Assembly (NCBI GenBank): GCA_041308645.1
Contig: JBFZBC010000013.1
Location: 1 to 55,486, forward strand
Direction of reading: 5' to 3'
Origin: a bacterium
GTDB taxonomy: Bacteria > Patescibacteriota > Minisyncoccia > Phycocordibacterales > GWA1-40-21
DNA length: 55,486 nt
Shown: piece after piece, positions 51,047-55,486 of the stretch
Numbering within the stretch: position 1 is the stretch's first letter
Layout of the letters: every line of letters starts with the position of its first letter
The notes under the pieces: generated by a model
Seen by the model: the letters and a program-made list of their open reading frames with translations, nothing else
Told to the model about the DNA's origin: nothing
The model's database searches: none
Translations under genes and position numbers: made by a program

Positions 51047-51201
51047 ATACATATAATTATAGCATACTTTGCAAAAAAAAGCAAGTAATAAGGCTTCCTA
51101 TAAAATATGCCTATTTATAAGGTTTTTATCAGATAATAATACAATATGAAAAGCTAGACAAAAGACCAGTAAATAATCAAAAAAAAGGATAGTGAGGAAA
51201 A

Positions 51202-51687
51202 TTATATTTCTTCAGGGGTTATTTCTTCTGTGCTAGTGGTTTGTTCAGTATTGGTTTCATTCATAATTTCTGGCTCTATTACCTCTTCTGATTTAACGGC
51301 ACAAGCTTCATCTTCTCCTAACTCTGCTTCTATACAATTTGTGTATGAACAATTTAGCTCATCCTCTAAACACGATAATTCTTCATCGCAACCTAGTTTT
51401 TCTTCTGTCTGTTCACAAGCATAAATATTGGCAGCGTTCTTACTAATCATTTTATAATCATAAGCTTCTTCTGGAATACACTCTGAATCACCTTCTACAC
51501 AAGGTTCGGGCTCATATCGGTAACAAGCTTCAATAGTTGAATCACAGGAGACCTCAGCGACGATTTGATAATCTTTTTGAATTACTATTTTCCAGAAGGT
51601 AACACCCACCGAGGCCAGGATTAGAAGGATTAATATAGTATAAAAAATCCTGTTTGCTATTTTAGTTTTATTATCTATTGTTTCCAT
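51202..51687 (-). CDS. Membrane-anchored acidic Cys-rich protein (hypothetical)
   Basis: N-terminal TM (IFYTILILLILASVGVTFW). The ectodomain has 12 Cys and many Glu/Asp. TATAAT-ACAACT-ATG gives a leaderless arrangement. Confidence 0.7.
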   Translation of the reverse strand: METIDNKTKIANRIFYTILILLILASVGVTFWKIVIQKDYQIVAEVSCDSTIEACYRYEPEPCVEGDSECIPEEAYDYKMISKNAANIYACEQTEEKLGCDEELSCLEDELNCSYTNCIEAELGEDEACAVKSEEVIEPEIMNETNTEQTTSTEEITPEEI

Positions 51688-51725
51688 AGTTGTATTATAA
51701 CTCTTTTTTAATTTTAAACCAAATG

Positions 51726-51770
51726 AAAAACCCGCTTCTCACAAGAACATGTCTTGTTTGAAGCGGGTTT
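51726..51770 (-). terminator. Intrinsic terminator overlapping the stop of 51769..51981
   Basis: AAACCCGCTTC-21 nt-GAAGCGGGTTT followed on the minus strand by T5. Confidence 0.75.
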
Positions 51771-51981
51771 ATAAAATCGCACGTGCATTCCTGAGTTTCG
51801 CTTTTATACTTTGAAGTTTATGGCTATTAGGACGGCCGACATGCCAGGCTGAACAGAATTGGCACCGGTATGAAAAATATCCAAACCCCAAACTCTTGGC
51901 ATGATTAATCGCTAAGCTCTCGCTCAAATGTTTAATCTTTGACCCACAAGAACGTCGTCGCAAATGTCGTTTGCTAGACAT
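51769..51981 (-). CDS. Small basic zinc-ribbon-like protein (70 aa)
   Basis: AAAGGAGGT SD. The CGSK...SE..A...A...SYRCQFCSAWHVGR pattern (C-x2-C-x2-WH) resembles small phage/plasmid-borne ORFs, from memory. Confidence 0.6.
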   Translation of the reverse strand: MSSKRHLRRRSCGSKIKHLSESLAINHAKSLGFGYFSYRCQFCSAWHVGRPNSHKLQSIKAKLRNARAIL

Positions 51982-52057
51982 ATACTACCTCCTTTCAAAA
52001 TCGTTTAGAATCGTTGTTGTCTAAGAACTTTTACTCAGGTCCACCTGGACACACCTA

Positions 52058-52261
52058 TTATAGCACGGCAGATATCATTTTGTCAAATTTACGTAAATAA
52101 GCATAAACATTAAAGCTACCAGTCTTTTTATCCACCGGTTGCTTTTTAACAGTAAAGCCAAGCTTCTTGAGATAGGCAGAAATATACTCCCCAATCTCTT
52201 TTTCATTTCCTGACTCAGATTTAATTCTTATTAGGTCTAGAAGTAATTTATTATTTTTCAT
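52058..52261 (-). pseudogene. N-terminal fragment of an M20-family peptidase (ArgE/DapE-like)
   Basis: LLLDLIRIKSESGNEKEIGEYISAYLKKLGFTVK is the typical first 50-60 aa of M20 deacylases. The ORF stops after 67 aa and no remainder is visible downstream. Confidence 0.6.
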
Positions 52262-52268
52262 ATATATA

Positions 52269-53474
52269 TTATAACATTATATTAGTCTCCAAAACAAAAT
52301 CAATATCTTTGTCTCCCCTACCTGATAGATTTGCAATTATTATTTTATCTTTAGGTAGTGTTTTAGCAAGTTTCATAGCGTAGGCAATGGCATGAGAACT
52401 TTCTAGGGCTGGAATTATCCCCTCAATTTTTGATAGATCCATAAAGGCCTTAACAGCTTCTTTATCATCTATAGATTTATAGTCTACACGACCTATTTCT
52501 TTTAGATAAGCATGGATGGGGCCAACGCCGGGGTAATCAAGACCTGAAGCAATAGAATGTACCGGATTTGGATTATTATCCTTATCTTGTAATACCAAAG
52601 TTTTCATGCCATGAATTGTGCCAGTGGTACCGTATGAAATAGTAGCCGCATTGTCACCTACTGCCGGTCCTTTACCTAAAGGTTCTACACCAATTAATTT
52701 TACTTCACTATCATCCAGGAATTCATTAAATATTCCTATAGCATTTGAGCCACCACCAACACAACCTATAACATAATCTGGTAATCTATTTTCCTGCTCA
52801 AGAATTTGTTCCTTGGCTTCTTTACCAACAATCGACTGAAAGTCCCTAACTATCATTGGGTAAGGGTGTGGGCCAACGACTGAACCAATAGCAAAAAAAG
52901 TATCTTTATAATCAGAAACAAATTTACCAAAAGCACTATCCACCGCATCCTTTAAACATTTACCACCATTGTTTACTTCTACAACCTTTGCTCCCAGTAG
53001 TCTCATACGGGTCACGTTTGCACTTTGTTTTGCTATATCTATAGCACCCATATGGATCTCACATTCCAGACCTACCAGGGTGGCTGCAGTAGCCAGAGCT
53101 ACTCCGTGTTGACCGGCACCAGTTTCAGCTAATAATTTCTTCTTACCCATTTTTTTTGCTAGCAATGCTTCACCAATACAGTGATTTATTTTATGGGCAC
53201 CAGTATGATTCAAGTCCTCCCTTTTTAGATATATTTTTGCCCCACCTACTTTTGCAGTCAAATTTTTAGCAAAATATAATGGTGATGGTCGGCCAACATA
53301 ATTTTTTAGCAAGTCATGATATTCTTTTAAAAACTCTGGATCATTTTTTGCTATTTTATATTCTCTCTCAATTTCTTGTAACGGTATTTCAAGTTCTGGG
53401 GGGACAAAACGCCCACCGTATGATCCGTAATATCCGTTTTCATCCGGTAAATTTTTTAATGTTAAATTTTTCAT
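52269..53474 (-). CDS. trpB: Tryptophan synthase beta chain (stand-alone)
   Basis: [12 protein letters not shown], the PLP lysine motif [19 protein letters not shown] and GGGSNAIG are present. Start at ATG 53474 (MKNLTLK). No trpA is adjacent. Confidence 0.95.
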   Translation of the reverse strand: MKNLTLKNLPDENGYYGSYGGRFVPPELEIPLQEIEREYKIAKNDPEFLKEYHDLLKNYVGRPSPLYFAKNLTAKVGGAKIYLKREDLNHTGAHKINHCIGEALLAKKMGKKKLLAETGAGQHGVALATAATLVGLECEIHMGAIDIAKQSANVTRMRLLGAKVVEVNNGGKCLKDAVDSAFGKFVSDYKDTFFAIGSVVGPHPYPMIVRDFQSIVGKEAKEQILEQENRLPDYVIGCVGGGSNAIGIFNEFLDDSEVKLIGVEPLGKGPAVGDNAATISYGTTGTIHGMKTLVLQDKDNNPNPVHSIASGLDYPGVGPIHAYLKEIGRVDYKSIDDKEAVKAFMDLSKIEGIIPALESSHAIAYAMKLAKTLPKDKIIIANLSGRGDKDIDFVLETNIML

Positions 53475-53594
53475 ATATTTTTTTATTATTTTAATAATTT
53501 TGTAATAGAAATAAGTAAACATATTATTATGCCAGAATTCCGTGCAGTGATTTTTGTGTATAAAATGATTCATTTTATTTATAGATTGATAGTT

Positions 53595-53626
53595 AAAAAC
53601 ACCCCGAGCTCAAGTGGGGTGTTTTT
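53595..53626. terminator. Bidirectional-shaped intrinsic terminator after 53743..54252
   Basis: AAAAACACCCC-10 nt-GGGGTGTTTTT. Confidence 0.75.
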
Positions 53627-53742
53627 AAATTTAGTAAGTTTATCTAAAACAAACAGCTAAAAACTACTCTCACCTGAATGAGTATAGCTCCACTGCCAAT
53701 TTGTTTTTATAAACTTCATATATTCAGTATGAATTATTGAAC

Positions 53743-54252
53743 TCACTTTGTCAAATTATTTAAAAAGTTATTGATTTCCTTAAATGAAGATAAGGTGAGC
53801 ACTTTGTGCTTATGAGGGGCCAGGACTTCTACGTGAGTTAGTTTACCCCTTTTATAGCTAAGGCCATATCTCTTATAAAATACATGCCGCATAAGTAATA
53901 ATGTTTGAATAACGGTCTCATCTTTTCTTGTAAAATGCCTTTTAATAAGGGTAAACCACTGATGAAATATATTACCGTATTTTAAGTAAATAATTATATC
54001 TGCTGAATAAAATCCTGGGTCCAATAACCATTGGGTTGTCCCCTCTACAATCCATCTGTCCTCATCATACACCTTCGAAATTTTACTAAGACTGTCTTCT
54101 CTACTTCTTGGTTTAGTAAATTTTACCTCATAATAAAAATCATCAGTAGAATAGTGTTTTATCCCAAGTTTTTTTGAGAGTTCCGAGGCCATGGTTGATT
54201 TTCCCCTTCCTGCATCTCCTATGATAATTATTTTATTATAAAGCTGGTTCAT
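53743..54252 (-). CDS. P-loop NMP-kinase-like protein (adenylate kinase / topology modulation FlaR-like)
   Basis: Walker A is IIIGDAGRGKST. WIVEGT and ADIIIYL follow, as in AAA_18/FlaR-type kinases. Confidence 0.65.
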   Translation of the reverse strand: MNQLYNKIIIIGDAGRGKSTMASELSKKLGIKHYSTDDFYYEVKFTKPRSREDSLSKISKVYDEDRWIVEGTTQWLLDPGFYSADIIIYLKYGNIFHQWFTLIKRHFTRKDETVIQTLLLMRHVFYKRYGLSYKRGKLTHVEVLAPHKHKVLTLSSFKEINNFLNNLTK

Positions 54253-54983
54253 ATTTTATTTATTACCTTCAAACTTTCTCTAATAAATTCTGAAAAATCC
54301 TTCTTCTTTATAACGAATTTATCATACAATTCTCTTATTATTTCTGTAACTAATTTACCGTTTATCTCAAGTCTCCGGTGATCATCATAAAAACCAGCTC
54401 CTCTTCCAATAATTTTCCTTATCCTAATATCGTTCAAAACTGTTGGCGTTATAATCTCGCTTAAAAGCCACTCTTTATGAGGAAACTCATATTTTTCTTC
54501 TTTTATTTCAGGAAAAATTTCCTTGAATTTTTTAAAATACAAAAAATGTGATACTTCATGAGCAATTATTATATTCGGTGATTTAGTATTTGGTGACACA
54601 GAAAAACTCCAGGAATCGAGATACCTAGGACAGATTGGGTTAATTGAAATATAGGCAATAATCTCTCTTGTTGACCAATCTTCTTGAATAATTTCTGCTA
54701 GGGTTTGAAAGGTTTTTTCCTCGACTTTTTGCCAATCTTTCTTGATGGTTTCCAAAGCTTTACCCATTCTTTCACCCAATTCTATCCTTATTTTAGATAT
54801 TTCTTTTTTTATCTCAATTATTTTCTTCTTTTTTGTTTTAATATCTTTTATCCTCAAAAATTCCGGGTATTTATCAGTCATTATCTTACTCCAGTCCCCT
54901 TCCAAAAAGTCAAAAAACATTTCTGTTTCCAGTTTAATTGGCATTTGGACGAAGGTAATTGACGGTGATATTTTTTTAGTCAT
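54249..54983 (-). CDS. Putative HExxH metallopeptidase-like protein (paralog A)
   Basis: IIAHEVSHFLYF motif. Overlaps neighbours by 4 nt and 1 nt. Confidence 0.45.
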   Translation of the reverse strand: MTKKISPSITFVQMPIKLETEMFFDFLEGDWSKIMTDKYPEFLRIKDIKTKKKKIIEIKKEISKIRIELGERMGKALETIKKDWQKVEEKTFQTLAEIIQEDWSTREIIAYISINPICPRYLDSWSFSVSPNTKSPNIIIAHEVSHFLYFKKFKEIFPEIKEEKYEFPHKEWLLSEIITPTVLNDIRIRKIIGRGAGFYDDHRRLEINGKLVTEIIRELYDKFVIKKKDFSEFIRESLKVINKI

Positions 54984-55474
54984 TATAATTTAATTGGCTT
55001 GGTAAATTCCTTCTTTAGTTTTGGATCAGTAAAAGTCTCTCGGCCATTTTTATTAAAAAAGTCATCACGTTTTATAACTTCAGGCTCGATCTGCTCAAAT
55101 AAACGAACCAGCCAGTGCAGAAAAGGCATATATCCTTCTGGTGTTGGATTTTTCTGATATTCTTGATTAACATAATCATAAATACTCATTACTTTCCCAT
55201 TAAAATCTACCTGGTATTTTATTGATTCATCATTTCCACAAACAAAATTACCTTTTCTATATTTAAGCATGGCAGGATGCTGTAATAATACTGGAGTCAA
55301 AACTTCCTTTAGATGATGAATACCAATATCTGATAAATTATTGGGAATATTTTCAATTTGTCGAAAAAATATGAAGTGAGAAATTTCATGTGGGGCGGTA
55401 GACGATAATCTATCAAATTTTGTTTGATCATTAGCCACTCCGGTAATAGAAAAATAAAATAACTGTAATTTCAC
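54983..55474 (-). CDS. Putative HExxH metallopeptidase-like protein (paralog B); N-terminus may lie beyond the window
   Basis: APHEISHFIFF motif. The listed start is GTG, and the frame stays open to the window edge. Confidence 0.45.
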   Translation of the reverse strand: MKLQLFYFSITGVANDQTKFDRLSSTAPHEISHFIFFRQIENIPNNLSDIGIHHLKEVLTPVLLQHPAMLKYRKGNFVCGNDESIKYQVDFNGKVMSIYDYVNQEYQKNPTPEGYMPFLHWLVRLFEQIEPEVIKRDDFFNKNGRETFTDPKLKKEFTKPIKL

Positions 55475-55486
55475 ATTAAATGGACA

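Noticed and set aside
1-55486. Alternative genetic code (UGA recoding as in Gracilibacteria/Absconditabacteria) and tRNA/rRNA genes.
   Set aside because: Long ORFs are intact under the standard code, and ATGA start-stop overlaps use TGA as a stop. I found no T-loop/acceptor-like tRNA signatures or rRNA-like segments by eye. This cannot be fully excluded without tRNAscan or Infernal.

Overview
AT-rich window (roughly one-third GC by eye), densely coded, standard genetic code. There are no rRNA, tRNA, CRISPR or transposase genes. The gene content suggests a small-genome Patescibacteria/CPR-like bacterium (inference): a type IV pilus module, orphan housekeeping genes (nusA, tig, typA, hisS, truB, rsmE, uppP, hppA, trpB) and many secreted or membrane proteins of unknown function.

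Main blocks:
- 1-6533: pseudopilins, pilC, pilB and an 891-aa chimeric surface protein with a thrombospondin type-1 repeat.
- 6.8-28.6 kb: housekeeping genes interspersed with small accessory units.
- 28.6-44 kb: glycan locus led by an 8.7-kb cyclic beta-1,2-glucan synthase-like gene. It also holds a PMM-like HAD, a clan GH-A hydrolase, a DMT transporter, a GT28-like GT, a PEGA protein and a processive GT2.
- 44-49 kb: CYTH cassette, orphan histidine kinase, GAMT-like methyltransferase and M16 peptidase.
- 49-55.5 kb: PurD-like ATP-grasp, small foreign-looking genes, trpB, a P-loop kinase and two HExxH paralogs.

Most unusual observations:
1. Two paralogous Cas2/PaaX-middle-domain-like mini-genes. 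Each is bracketed upstream (over the -35 region) and downstream (in the 3' UTR) by its own perfect palindrome, and the palindrome differs between the copies.
2. A CYTH gene flanked by 150-bp direct repeats that duplicate the 3' end of the neighbouring histidine kinase gene.
3. A protein built from 23 G-D-V-S-x-I-x heptapeptide units.
4. A recurrent TGnTATAAT-N6-ATG leaderless promoter architecture. It contrasts with GC-richer genes that carry strong Shine-Dalgarno sites.
5. A GC-rich micro-island plus a 30-bp palindrome between the M16 peptidase and ATP-grasp genes.

All family assignments come from motif recognition by eye; no searches were run.
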